Assembly (NCBI RefSeq): GCF_963921235.1
Contig: NC_086097.1
Coordinates: 106,950,001 to 107,014,000 of the forward strand
Direction of reading: 5' to 3'
Source: Mobula hypostoma
Lineage: Eukaryota
Length of the DNA stretch: 64,000 bases
Shown: piece by piece, positions 11,188 through 24,110 of the stretch
Position numbering within the stretch: position 1 is the first letter of the stretch
Layout: every line of letters begins with the position of its first letter
The notes under the pieces: model-generated
What the model was told of the DNA's origin: nothing
The model's input: only the letters and a program-made list of their open reading frames with translations
Database searches by the model: none
Translations under genes and position numbers: made by a program

Positions 11188-13750
11188 CAGAATCAGTTTT
11201 ATTATCATCAGCATGTATTGTAAAATTTGTTAATTTAACAGCAGCAGTTCAATGCAATACATAATACAGAAGAAAAAATACATAAGTCAATTACAGTATA
11301 TGTATATTGAAACAGAAACATAGAAAATAGGTGCAGGAGTAGGCCATTCGGCCCTTCGAGTCTGCACCGCCATTTATTATGATCATGGCTGATCATCCAA
11401 CTCAGAACCCCGCCCCAGCCTTCCCTCCATACCCCCTGACCCCTGTAGCCACAAGGGCCATATCTAACTCCCTCTGAAACATAGCCAATGAACTGGCCTC
11501 AACAGTTTGCTGTGGCAGAGAATTCCACAGATTCACCACTCTCTGTGTGAAGAAGTTTTTCCTAATCTCGGTCCTAAAAGGCTTCCCCTCTATCCTCAAA
11601 CTGTGACCCCTCGTTCTGGACTTCCCCAACATCGGGAACAATCTTCCTGCATCTAGCCTGTCCAATCCCTTTAGGATCTTATACGTTTCAATCAGATCCC
11701 CCCTCAATCTTCTAAATTCCAACGAGTACAAGCCCAGTTCATCCAGTCTTTCTTCATATGAAAGTCCTGCCATCCCAGGAATCAATCTGGTGAACCTTCT
11801 TTGTACTCCCTCTATGGCAAGAATGTCATTCCTCAGATTAGGGGACCAAAACTGCACACAATACTCCAGGTGTGGTCTCACCAAGGCCTTGTACAACTGC
11901 AGTAGTACCTCCCTGCTCCTGTACTCGAATCCTCTCGCTATAAATGCCAGCATACCATTCGCCTTTTTCACCGCCTGCTGTACCTGCATGCCCACTTTCA
12001 ATGACTGGTGTATAATGACACCCAGGTCTCATTGCACCTCCCCTTTATCTAATCGGCCACCATTCAGATAATAATCTGTTTTCCTATTTTTGCCACCAAA
12101 GTGGATAACTTCACATTTATCCACATTAAATTGCATCTGCCATGAGTTTGCCCACTCACCCAACCTATCCAAGTCACCCTGCATCCTCTTAGCATCCTCC
12201 TCACTGCCAACACTGCCACCCAGCTTCGTGTCATCCGCAAACTTGGAGATGCTGCATTTAATTCCCTCATCCAAGTCATTAATATATATTGTAAACAACT
12301 GGGGTCCCAGCACTGAGCCTTGCGGTACCCCACTAGTCACCGCCTGCCATTCTGAAAAGGTCCCGTTTATTCCCACTCTTTGCTTCCTGTCTGCCAACCA
12401 ATTCTCCACCCACACCAATACCTTACCCCCAATACCGTGTGCTTTAAGTTTGCACACTAATCTCCTGTGTGGGACCTTGTCAAAAGCCTTTTGAAAATCC
12501 AAATATACCACATCCACTGGTTCTCCCCTATCCACTCTACTAGTTACATCCTCAAAAAATTCTATGAGATTCGTCAGACATGATTTTCCTTTCACAAATC
12601 CATGCTGACTTTATCCGATCATATCTCCGCTTTCCAAATGTGCTGTTATCACAGCCTTGATAACTGACTCCAGCAGTTTCCCCACCACCGACGTTAGGCT
12701 AACCGGTCTATAATTCCCCAGTTTCTCTCTCCCTCCTTTTTTAAAAATTGGGGTTACATTAGCCACCCTCCAATCCTCAGGAACTAGTCCAGAATCTAAC
12801 AAGTTTTGAAAAATTATCACTAATGCATCCACTATTTCTTGGGCTACTTCCTTAAGCACTCTAGGATGCAGACCATCTGGCCCTGGGGATTTATCTGCCT
12901 TCAATCCCTTCAATTTACCTAACACCACTTCCCTACTAACATGTATTTCACTCAGTTCCTCCATCTCACTGGACCCTCTGTCCCTTACTATTTCTGGAAG
13001 ATTATTTATGTCCTCCTTAGTGAAGACAGAACCAAAATAATTATTCAATTGGTCTGCCATGTCCTTGCTCCCCATAATCAATTCACCTGTTTCTGTCTGC
13101 AGGGGACCTACATTTGTCTTTACCAGTCTTTTCCTTTTTACATATCTATAAAAGCTTTTACAGTCCGTTTTTATGTTCTCTGCCAGTTTTCTCTCATAAT
13201 CTTTTTTCCCCTTTCTAATTAAGCCCTTTGTCCTCCTCTGCTGAACTCTGAATTTCTCCCAGTCCTCAGGTGAGCCACTTTCTCTGGCTAATTTGTATGC
13301 TACTTCTTTGGAATTGATACTATCCCTAATTTCTTGAATAGATTAAAAATTGTGCAAAAGGAGAAATAATATATAGTAAAAAAGTGAGGTAGCTCTCATG
13401 GGTTCAATGTCCATTTAGGAATCGGATGGCAGAGGGGAAGAAGCTGTTCCTGAATCGGTGAATCTGTGCCTTCAGGCTTCTGTACCTTCTACCTGATGGT
13501 AACAATGAGAAAAGGGCATGCCCTGGGTGCTGGCGGTTCTTAATTACGGACGCTGCCTTTCTGAGACACTTCTCCTTGAAGATGTCCTGACATACCAAAT
13601 CTCTTCAAACTCCTAATGTCGCTGTCCTGTCTTCTTTATGGCTGCATCAATATGTTGGGACCAGGTTAAGTCCTCAGAGATCTTGACACCCAGGAACATG
13701 AAACTGCTCACTCTCTCAATTTCTGATCCCTCTATGAGGATTGGTATGTA
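11188..13750 (-). mobile_element. Rex1/Babar LINE 3' portion, interrupted by CR1
   Basis: ORF 13404..13598(-) HPGHALFSLLPSGRRYRSLK..RFRNSFFPSAIRFLN is the Rex1 C-terminus; its 3'UTR lies at 13339-13403 and 11188-11306. Confidence 0.85.
11312..13333 (-). mobile_element. CR1 LINE subfamily A, 5'-truncated, RT nearly intact
   Basis: ORFs 12611..13081, 12029..12595 and 11402..12001 lie in one frame with two premature stops (KSPGPDG, GVPQGSVLGP, FADD). TSD ttgaa at 11307-11311 and 13334-13338. Confidence 0.96.
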
Positions 13751-13789
13751 TTTTTCATTAAATTCTATTCATTACATCTGTGAGGTCAC

Positions 13790-13930
13790 TTCTCAGAACT
13801 ATCTGAGCTGCACAGAGACCTGAGAACCTTCCTTGTTGGAATTTTCAATTTGTGACGTCACGTCAGTGCTCAAAAGAATTTTGGAGGTTTTCGGATTTTG
13901 GAATTTCAGACAAGGGGTACACAACCTGTA
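13790..13930. mobile_element. Possible Tigger/pogo-type MITE remnant
   Basis: Ends in ..caaggggtacacaacctgTA, resembling a pogo-type TIR; partner TIR not found. Confidence 0.4.
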
Positions 13931-14145
13931 CTTAAGAGTATACATGTTCATCCTTTCATAATTTGGGGAGCCAATAGATAACCAAATAGGAGATTATTCT
14001 ATCTAAATACTAACCAGTTGGTTTTGTTTTGTTGCTCAGAATAGCTGTGAATCCATTGTCACATATAACAAGTTACTGGAATATCCAGCACTGGCAGTTT
14101 AGCACAAGTTAGGGATGGAACAATATACATCTGTGCACAAATATA

Positions 14146-14677
14146 CATTCTGTGACCACTTTATGGGTACCTCCTGTACCTAAAAGTGGCCACTGGGTGT
14201 GTGTTCATGTTTTTCTGTTGCTGTAACCCTTCCACTGTAGGTTTCACCATGTTGTGCATTCAGAGAAGTTCTTCTGCATACCACTGCTGTAACGCATTTG
14301 TTATTTGAGTTACTATCAGCTTGAACCAGTTCGACCATTCTCTTCTGACCTTGCTCATTTTCACCCACAGAACCACAGCTCATGGATGCTTTTTGTTTTA
14401 CACATCTTTCTCCATAATCTCCAGAGATTGATATGTGTGAAAAATCCCAGGCGATAAGCAGTTTCTGAGATGCTCAAACCACTCCACCTGGTACCAATAA
14501 TCATTTCACAGTCTAAGTCACTTAGGTCATATTTCTTCCCCATTCTGATATTTGATCTGAATAACTCAACTTCTTGATCATGTCTGCATGTTTCGTTGCA
14601 TTGAGTTGCTGCCCCATGATTGGCTAATTAGATATTTGCATTAACATGCAGGTGTTCATAATATTATGGCCACGGTG
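14146..14677 (-). mobile_element. Non-autonomous Tc1 element (same family as 9879)
   Basis: Degenerate TIRs with TA flanks; ORF 14361..14543 MGKKYDLSD...GLSISETA..LGF is a Tc1 transposase N-terminal HTH. Confidence 0.88.
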
Positions 14678-14787
14678 TATTTCTCAGTCAAATTTAGGAT
14701 GGAGGGAGAAAGTAATATTGGTTCTTTACTTAGATGAGCACAGATTATAGGAGGGTCTGTCTGCAGGAATTTGTTAAAAGGTAAAGA

Positions 14788-15910
14788 TGAGAAAGTGCAG
14801 ATGCTGGAAATCCAAAGCAACACACAGAATGCTGAAGGAAATCAGCAGGCCAGGCAGCATCTAAGGAAATGACTAAACAATCGATGTTTTGTGCTGAGAT
14901 CCTTCTTCAGGACTGGAAAGGAAGGGGGAAGACACCAGAATAAACAGGTGGGGAGAGGAGAAGGAGAATAGCTAGAAGGTGATAGATGAAGCCAGGTGGG
15001 TAGAAAAGATAAAGGGCTGGAGAAGAGGGAATCTGATAGGAAAGGAGATTGAACTACAGGAGAAAGGGAAGAAGGAGGGGCCCAAGGGAGGCGACAGGCA
15101 AGTGAAACGAGGTAAAAGACCGGAGTGGAGAAAAGAGGAAGAGGGTAGGAGGAGGAATTTTTACGTTTTAACCAGAAAAATAAATCAATATTCATGCCAT
15201 CAGGTTGGAGGCTACCCAGGCGGAATAGAAAGTGCTGCTCCACTATCCAGATGGCACAAGAGGAGCCCAAGGACCAACATGTCGGAACAGGAACAGGAAA
15301 TGAAATTGAAATGTTTTGCCAACTGGAAGTTCTGCTTTTGGTAGATAGAGCAGAGGTGCTCAATGAAGAGGTCCCCCAATTTACAACGGTATCAACAATG
15401 TAGAGCAGGCTGCACCGGGAGCAGTGGACATAATAAATGACCCAGAAGATTCACAGGTGAAGTGTACCTCACCTCGAAGGACTATTCAAGGCTCTGAATG
15501 GAGGTGAGGGAGGAGGTGAATGGGCAGGTATAGCACTTGGGTCACTTGCAGGGATAAGTGCCAGGAGAGAGATTCGTAGGGAGGGATGAACGGGCAAGGG
15601 AATCATGAAGGGAGCGATCCCTGTGGAAAGCAAAGAAAGGGGGTAATGTAAAGATAAGCTTGGTGGTAGGATCCCTTTGGAGATGGTGGAAGTTGTGAAG
15701 GATGATGTGCTGGATGCAGAGGCTCATAGGGTGGTAGGAAAGGATAAGAGTTGGTGGTGAAAGAGGAGAGAGGAAGGTTGGAGTGTTCAAGTAAGGTGAG
15801 GCGCGAAGAAGATAGAGGCTCCACGGACCCAAGGGGTGACAGTGGAGCCTGAGTGACACAGGGTTGGAGAGTGGTAGTGGGGGAAGGAGAGCCTGGAAGC
15901 CCAGCAGCAG
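14788..15910 (-). mobile_element. Older Penelope-like element 3' portion
   Basis: Minus-strand IQHIILHNFHHLQRDPTTK..PGTYPCK and EQHFLFRLGSLQPDGMNID; pseudo-LTR with degenerate hammerhead at ~14878-14915. Confidence 0.88.
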
Positions 15911-15993
15911 TGAGGAAAGTATCGGCTAGAGGTGTTAAAAGATTGCGTTTTTGAGGAGTAAAAGGCTATGTGTTTGATATAGTCCATAGGCAT

Positions 15994-17148
15994 AGAACCA
16001 TAGAACCATAGAAACTACAGCACAGGAACAGGCCCTTTGGCCCTTCTTGGCTGTGCCGAACCATTTTCTGCCTAGTCCCACTGACCTGCACACGGTCCAT
16101 ATCCCTCCATACACCTCCCATCCATGTATCTGTCCAATTTATTCTTAAATGTTAAAAAAGAACCCGCACTTACCACCTCGTCTGGCAGCTCATTCCATAC
16201 TCCCACCACTCTGTGTGAAGAACCCCCCCTAATGTTCCCTTTAAACTTTTCCCCCCTCACCCTTAACCCATGTCCTCTGGTTTTTTTTCTCCCCTTGCCT
16301 CAGTGGAAAAAGCCTGCTTGCATTCACTCTATCTATACCCATCATAATTTTATATACCTCTATCAAATCTCCCCTCATTCTTCTACGCTCCAGGGAATAA
16401 AGTCCTAACCTATTCAACCTTTCTCTGTAACTGAGTTTCTCAAGTTCCGGCAACATCCTTGTAAACCTTCTCTGCACTCTTTCAACCTTATTTATATCCT
16501 TCCTGTAATTTGGTGACTAAAACTGAACACAATACTCCAGATTTGGCCTCACCAATGCCTTATACAACCTCATCATAACATTCCAGCTCTTATACTCAAT
16601 ACTTTGATTAATAAAGGCCAATGTACCAAAAGCTCTCTTTACGACCCTATCTACCTGTGACGCCACTCTTAGGGAATTTTGTATCTGTATTCCCAGAACC
16701 CTCTGTTCCACTGCACTCCTCAGTGCCTTACCATTAACCCTGTATGTTCTACCTTGGTTTGTCCTTCCAACGTGCAATACCTCACACTTGTCTGTATTAA
16801 ACTCCATCTGCCATTTTTCAGCCCATTTTTCCAGCTGGTCCAAGTCCCTCTGCAGGCTCTGAAAACCTTCCTCACTGTCTACTACACCTCCAATCTTTGT
16901 ATCATCAGCAAATTTGCTGATCCAATTTACCACATTATCATCCAGATCATTGATATAGATGACAAATAACAATGGACCCAGCACTGATCCCTGTGGCACA
17001 CCACTAGTCACAGGCCTCCACTCAAAGAAGCAATTCTCTACCACCACTCTCTGGCTTCTTCCATCGAGCCAATGTCTAATCCAATTTACCACCTCTCCAT
17101 GTATACCTAACGACTGAATTTTCCTAACTAACCTCCCATGCGGGACCT
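15994..17148 (-). mobile_element. CR1 LINE subfamily B, 5'-truncated, inside an older plus-strand CR1 (~15940-17540)
   Basis: ORFs 16517..17188 and 16241..16477 (GVPQGSVLGP, FADD); (TTCTATGG)n tail; TSD gcat at 15990-15993 and 17149-17152. Confidence 0.94.
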
Positions 17149-18558
17149 GCATTTTAGCATGTTTATAAGTTTTCCAAAGATGGGCCAACTAGATAGTTAA
17201 AAGCCCATGGGATCCAAGAAAGAGTAGCAACTTAGATCCAAAATTGGCTCTGTGTCAAGATGCAATTGTGATTGCATGGCTGTAACTGAGTTTTCACTGG
17301 ACTCAGTACCCTATTTTTTAATATATATTCACACACACGAGCAATTGTATTTACATACAGGGATCATGATAAAACAAACTCAGCAGATCAAATAAAAAAA
17401 CTGGCCATATGGTTACCAGTGAGAAGGAAAGCCTTTGAATGCAGGAAAATATATCTGCTAGTGGTGGTTTGGCAGAAATAGACAAATTAAATTTAATGCA
17501 TTTGGGGAGATACAACAAGACAAGGGAATACAAGGAATACTACTATAACCCCAAAGAATTTAAAGTTATCCCCCTGGCTCAAGAGCTGGTGGTTGAGGGG
17601 TATTAACTGTTCCTGAACCTCATGATGTGGATCCTGAAGCTCTTGTACCTTCTTCCTGATGGCAGCAGCAAAAAAAGAGCATGACCTGGGTGGAGCATGA
17701 CCCTGATCGATGACACTTTCCTGTGACAGTGCTTCAAGTAGATTTACTCAGTGGCAGGGAGGGCTTTACCCATGATGGTACTGGGCTATATCCACTACCT
17801 TTTTGTAGGATTTTCCATTCAAGGGCATTGGTGTTTTCATACCAGGCTATGATGCAACCAGTCAATATAGGCTCCACCACACATCTGTAGATGTTTGTCC
17901 AAGTTTTACATGTCCTGCTGGGCCTTCGCAAACTCTAAGGAAGTAGAAGCACCGCTGTACTTTCTTCGTAATTGCACTTACATGCTGGGCCCAGGACAGA
18001 TTCTCTGAAATGATAAGACAGAGGAATTTAAATTTGATGACCCTCTCCACCTCCGATTCCCTGACGAGGATTGTCTCATGGCCTTATGGCTTCCTCTATC
18101 TGAAGTCAATAATCAGCTCCTTAGTCATGCTGACATTGAGTGACAGGTTGTTGTTATAGCACCACTCAGTCAGATTTTCAGTCTTCTTCGTACATGCTGA
18201 TTCATCACCACCTTTAATTTGTCCTACGACAGTAGTGTCATTAGCAAATTTGAATATAGTATTAGAGCTGGGCTTAGCTACACAGTCATAAGAGAAAAGT
18301 GAGTAGAGCAGGGGGCTAAGCACACCTGTGCTGATGGAGATTGTGGAGATGTTGTTGCCAATCCAAAATGATTGTGGTCTGCAAGTGAGGAAATCGAGGA
18401 TCTAATTGCACAAGGAGATACTGAGAACCAAGTCTTGAAGGTTACTGGTTACTTTTGAGAGAATGACAGTATGAATGTTGAGCTATAGTCAATGACGATC
18501 ATCCTGGCATATGCATCTTCATTTTCCATATATTCCAGAGCTGAATTAAAAATCAATA

Positions 18559-21500
18559 TAACCATATAACAATTACAGCACAGAAACAGGCCATCTCGGC
18601 CCTTCTAGTCCGTGCCAAACTCGTACTCTCACCTAGTCCCACTGACCTGCACTCAGCCCATAACCCTCCATTCCTTTCCTGTCCATATATCTATCTAATT
18701 TAACTGTAAATGACAACATCGAACCTGCCTCAACCACTTCTGCTGGAAGCTTTTTCCACACAGCTGCCACTTTCTAAGTAAATAAGTTCCCCCTCATGTT
18801 ACGCCTAAACTTTTGCCCTTTAACTCTCAACTCATGTCCTCTTGTTTGAATCTCCCCCACTCTCAATGGAAAAAGCTTATCCACGTCAACTCTATCTATC
18901 CCCCTCATAATTTTAAATACCTCTATCAAGCCCCCCTCAACCTTCTATGCTCCAAAGAATAAAGACTCAACTTGTTCAACCTTTCTCTGTAAATTAGGAG
19001 ATGAAACCCAGGCAACACTCTAGTAAATCTCCTCTGTACTCTCTCAATTTTATTGACATCTTTCCTATAATTCAGTGACCAGAACTGTACACAATACTCC
19101 AAATTTGTTCCTCACCAATGCCTTATACAATTTCAACATTACATCCCAACTCCTTTTTTCAGTGCTCTGATTAATGAAGGCCAGCATACCAAAAGCTTTC
19201 TTCACCACCCTGTCCACATGAGATTCCACCTTCAGGGAACTATGCACCATTATTCCTAGATCCCTCTGTTCTACTACATTCTTCAATACCCTATCATTTA
19301 CCATGTATGTCCTATTTTGATTAGTCCTATCAAAATGTAGCATCTCACATTTATCAGCATTAAACCCCATCTGCCATCTTTCAGCCACTCTTCTAAGTGG
19401 TCTAAATTTCTCTGCAAGCTCTGAAAACCTACTTCATTGTCCACAACTCCACCCATCTTAGTATCATTTGCATACTTACTAATCCAATTTACCACCCCAT
19501 CATCCAGATCATTAATATATATGACAAACAACATTGGACCCAGTACAGATCCCTGAGGCATACCACTAGACACCGTCCTCCAATCTGACACACAGTTATC
19601 CGCCACTACTCTCTGGCATCTCCCATTCAACCACTGCTGAATCTATTTTACTACTTCGATATTAATAACTAACGATTGAACCTTCCTAACTAACCTTCCA
19701 TGTGGATCCTTGTCAAAGGCCTTACTGAAGTCCATATAGACAACATCCACTGCTTTACCCTCATCAACTTTCCTAGTAACCTCATCAAAAAATTCAATAA
19801 GATGTCAAACATGACCTTCCACACACAAATCTATGTTGACTGGTCCTAATCAGACCCTGTCTATCCAGATAGTTATATGTGCCATCTCTAAGAATACTTT
19901 CCATCAATTTATCCACCACTGACATCAAACTCACAGGCCGATAATTGCTAGGTTTACTCTTAGAACCCTTTTTAAACAATGGAACAACATGAGCATTATG
20001 CCAATTCTCCGGCACCATTCCCGTTTCCAATGACATTTGAAATATTTCTGTCAGAGCCCCTGCTATTTCCACACTAACTTCCCTCAAGGTCCAAGGGAAT
20101 ATCCTGTCCAGACCCGGAGACTTATCCACTTTTATATTCCTTAAAAGTGCCAGTACTTCCTCTTCTTTAATCGTCATACTTTCTATAACTACCCTTCTTG
20201 TTTCCCTTACCTTACACAATTCAATATTCTTCTCCTTAGTGAATACTAAAGAAAAGAAATTGTTCAAGATCTCCCCCCATCTCTTTTGGCTCCGCACATA
20301 GCCATCCACTCTGATTCTCTAAGGGACCAATTTTATTCCTCACATTCCTTTTGCTATTAATATAACTGTAGAAACCCTTTGGATTTATTTTCATCTTACC
20401 TCATATCTTCTTTTAGGTTTTCTAGTTTCTTTCTTAAGATTCTTTTTACATTCTTTATATCCTTGAACACCTCATTTACTCCAAGCTGCCTGTATTTATT
20501 GTAGATCTCTCTCTTTTTCTGAACCAAGTTTCCAATATCCCTTGAAAACCATGGTTTTGTCAAACTTTTAACCTTTCCTTTCAACCGAACAGGAACATAA
20601 AAATCCCGTACCCTCAAAATTTCACCTTTAAATGACCTCCATTTCCCTATTACATCCTTCCCATAAAACAAATTGTCCAAATCCACTCCTTCTAAATCCT
20701 TTCACATCTCCTCAAAGTTAGCCTTTCTCCAATCAAAAATCTCAAACCTGGGTCCAGCCCTATCCTTCTCCATAATTATATTGAAACTAATGGTATTGTG
20801 ATCACTGGACCCGAAGCACTCCCCAACACATACCTCCATCACTTGCCCTATCTCATTCCCTAACAGGAGAACCAACACTGCCCCTTCTCGAGTTGGTACC
20901 TTTAGATATTGCTGCAAAAAACTATCTCGAACACATTTTACAAACTCCAAACCATCCAGCCCTTTTACAGAATGGGCTTCCCAGTCAATATGTGGAAAAT
21001 TAAAATCTCCCACAATCACAACCTTGTGCTTACTACAAATATCTGCTGTCTTCTTACAAATTTGCTCCTCCAATTCTCGGTCCCCATTAGATGGTCTATA
21101 ATACACCCCTATAAGCATCACTACACCTTTCCCATTCCTCAATTCCACCCAAGTAGCCTCCCTAGACAGGTCCTCTAATATATCCTGCCAAAGCACCACT
21201 GTTATATTTTCTCTGACAAGCAATACAACACCTCCCCCTCTTACCCCTCCGATTCTATCACACCTGAAGCATCGAATCCAGGAATATTTAGTTGCCAATC
21301 ACACCCCTCCTGCAACCATGTTTCACTAATATCTACAACGTCATATTTCCAGGTATCAATCCATGCTCTAAGCTCATCCACCTTTCTTATAATGCTCCTC
21401 GCATTAAAGTAGATGCATTTAAGAAACTCTCCACCTCTTACTTTCTGTTTATTCCTCATGGAGCAAACAACTTTTTTATCTTTTTCTTCCTTCTCCCCTA

Positions 21501-23048
21501 CATCTTCAGTCTGAGTACTCCCGTTTTCTGTCCCCTGCCTATCCTCCCTCACACGCTGTCTACTAGCTTTCTCTATTTGTGAACTAACCTCTCTCCCAGT
21601 CTCTTCAATGTGATTCCCACCCCTCAACCATTCTAGTTTAAAGTCTCCTCAGTAGCCTTCGCAAATCTCTCCGCCAGGATATTGGTCCCCCCTAGGATTC
21701 AAGTGCAACCCGTCCTTTTTGTACAGGTCATACCTGTGCCAAAAGAGGACCCAATGATCCCTCTTGAATCCCTGCCCCTTGCTCCAACCCCCCAGCCAAG
21801 CATTTATCCTCCACCTGATTCCATTCCTACTCTCACTGTCGCATGGCATAGGCAGTAATCCCGAGATTACTACCTTTGCAGTCCTTCTTCTCAACTCCCT
21901 TCCTAACTCCCTGTATTCTCTTTTCCGGACCTCTTTCCTTTTCCTACCTATGCCATTGGTACCACGTATGTACCACGACCTCTGGCTCCTCACCCTCCCA
22001 CTTCAGGATATCTTGGATGCAATCAGAAACATCCTGGACCCTGGCTCCAGGGAGTCAAACTACCATCCAGGTCTCCTGACTGCGTCCACAGAATCGTCTA
22101 TCTGACCCTCTAACTATGGAGTCCCCTATTACTACTGCCCTCGTCTTCCTTTCCCTACCCTTCTGAGCTACAGGGTTGGACTCTGTGGTGGAGGCACAGC
22201 CACTGTTGCTTCACCCAGGTAAGCTGTCCCCCGCCCCAACAGTACTCAAACAGGAGTACGTATTGTCAAGGGCTACAGCCACTGGGGTACTCTCTCATAC
22301 CTGACTCTTCCCCTTCCCCCTCCTAACCGTGACCCACTTGTCTGCCTCTCACCACATGCGACCACCTGCCTGTAACTCCTCTCTATCAACTCACTCTCCC
22401 TGACCAAATGAAGGTCATCAAGCCGCAGTTCCAGTTCCCTAACATGGTCCCTTAGAAACTGCAGGTCGGCGCACCTGGCACAGATGTGGACGTCTGGGAG
22501 GCTAGGAGACTCCAGGACCTCCCACATCCGACACCAAGAACAACAAGCTGCCCTAAAACTCATACTTCCCCCTTTCCTCAAATAATAGGAAAAATTGAAA
22601 ACCAAACCTACTTTGCCTCACCTGTTTCCGCCTAAGCCCATTCAGCCAAAGCCCTTAAGCCTTCACACTGCTCCCGGCTCACTCCACAGCCAGCAAAACG
22701 ACGCTACCCGCTGTATAAGGCTGTGTTCCTTTTAAATCTTCCACGCATCACTGCCTGACGTCACACACCTGCGCAGTCCTGCCTCTCTTAACTCTGATGA
22801 AAAAACGAAAAATTCAAAATGGCTTCTGCCGCACTCCCGCTCTGATTCTCAAGACTTCCTTCTCCAAATTAAACCCGAATCAGGATTTCTGACCTTTTAA
22901 ATCTTCTGCACTTCACTGCCTGACGTCACACACCTGCGCAGTCCTGCCTCTCTTAACTCCGATGAAAAAACAAAAAATTCAAAATGGCTTCCGCCGCACT
23001 CCTGCTCCGATTCTCAGACTTCCTTCTCCGAATTAAACCCTTATCAGG
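18559..23048 (-). mobile_element. Full-length (~4.5 kb) CR1 LINE, subfamily C: 5'UTR, ORF1, ORF2, tail; decayed
   Basis: ORF1 zinc finger (22273..22605, CSWCRMWE..HICARC) and esterase (21649..21993); ORF2 APE (NARSI..ISETW, YRP, GDFN, SDHN) and RT (YANDTK); (TTATATGG)n tail; TSD atcaata at 18552-18558 and 23049-23055. Confidence 0.95.
22728..23048 (-). promoter_or_regulatory. CR1 5'UTR: two tandem 165-bp monomers
   Basis: Direct repeat starting at 22728 and 22893. Each copy has TGACGTCA (22756, 22921), TGCGCA, AAAATGGC and TTTAAAAGG (minus). Promoter function is inferred. Confidence 0.7.
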
Positions 23049-23159
23049 ATCAATAAAATAGCATCTGCTATTGAACTCTTGTCAAATTGGAGCAGATCCA
23101 AGTCACTCCTCAGGTAGGAGTTGATTGGCTTCATGACTAATCTCTTGACCTTTGACTAT

Positions 23160-23613
23160 ATTTATATGGAGTACTGCCACAAAAAAGCAGCATCCATCAT
23201 CTAGGAACCCCACCATCCAGGCCATGCTCTTTTCTTGCTACTACCATTGGGCAGGAGCCTTGGTCCCACACCACCAGGTTTAGTAACAGTTAGTACGCTA
23301 CAAACATCACGCTTCAGAACAGGTTATGGATAACTTCACTCACTACAACTCTGAATTGATTCTATGACCTACCGACTCCCTTTCAAGGACTCTTTACAAC
23401 TCATCTTCTCAGTATTATCTTTTATATGCAGTTTGTCTTCTTTGCACGTTGGCTGTTTCGTCAGAATTTAGGTATAGTTTTTCATAAATTCTGTAGTATT
23501 TTCTTTATTTTTCCTATAAATGCCTGCAAGAAAATGAATCTCAAGGTAGTATATGGCAACACATATGTACTTTGATAATAAATTTACTTTGAACTTTGCA
23601 CTTTTGAACTTTG
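23160..23613 (+). mobile_element. Rex1/Babar 3' fragment
   Basis: caccatccaggccatgctcttttc (HHPGHALF) and (tttgaac)n tail. Confidence 0.8.
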
Positions 23614-24095
23614 AGCTATAACATGTTTTCATAATCTGAGTTAGATATAATGCAATTGATCAATTAGGGAACACTGTTTCTCTTACTCTGGCTAAATTGG
23701 TTATAATGCAATTTGGATCAGGAACTGGACAAACACTTAAAACACTTGATAGAAATTAACAAGCAGAAAAAAATGTCAAGCTGAAAAAATGTATAGATGT
23801 AATCTCCCCACAGTAATCAGACAGGGAACAGGGGCTGCTAGTTTCTTCACAGGAAGCCATCAGAAATTGACCAGCAATTGATTCCATAGTCAATTATTCA
23901 AAGATACCTTATTAATCAATACAACATACAGCAAATAAATGTAGTCATATATATAAACATTTATTTTTGTAAAAGCTGTGGGAAAGATCACTTTTTTTTT
24001 ATTTCTAGTCTGAAATTCTCTAACTCCTAATCCTGGTTTTTCAGTGACACAGTTGTTTTTAAAACACAAAGTTCCTTAGGAATACAACAATCATG

Positions 24096-24110
24096 TTATA
24101 GGAAAACTAC
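24096..24110 (-). CDS. Putative terminal coding exon of unidentified host gene (VVFL*)
   Basis: Acceptor ctttttttgtatacag|GTAGTTTTCCTATAA; AATAAA on minus at 23998-24003 and 23960-23965; phase fits exon 33932-33986. Very short, so weak support. Confidence 0.35.
   Translation of the reverse strand, partial: VVFL

Larger units (their letters stand above)
17560..23150 (-). mobile_element. Rex1/Babar LINE (17560-18551 plus 23056-23150), interrupted by full-length CR1
   Basis: ORFs 18096..18323 (LSPLLYSL..DC..KFANDTTVVG) and 17862..18050; sequence resumes colinearly after 23055. Confidence 0.85.

Noticed and set aside
11790-12494. Recurrent plus-strand ORFs (MNLLCTPSM.., MPPKWITSH..; also 45394, 46707, 48916, 49216)
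   Set aside because: Antisense shadows of CR1 ORF2, repeated only because the element is repeated.
17560-23613. Opposed Rex1 pieces as one twin-primed insertion
   Set aside because: Both pieces contain the same C-terminal segment, so separate insertions are more likely.
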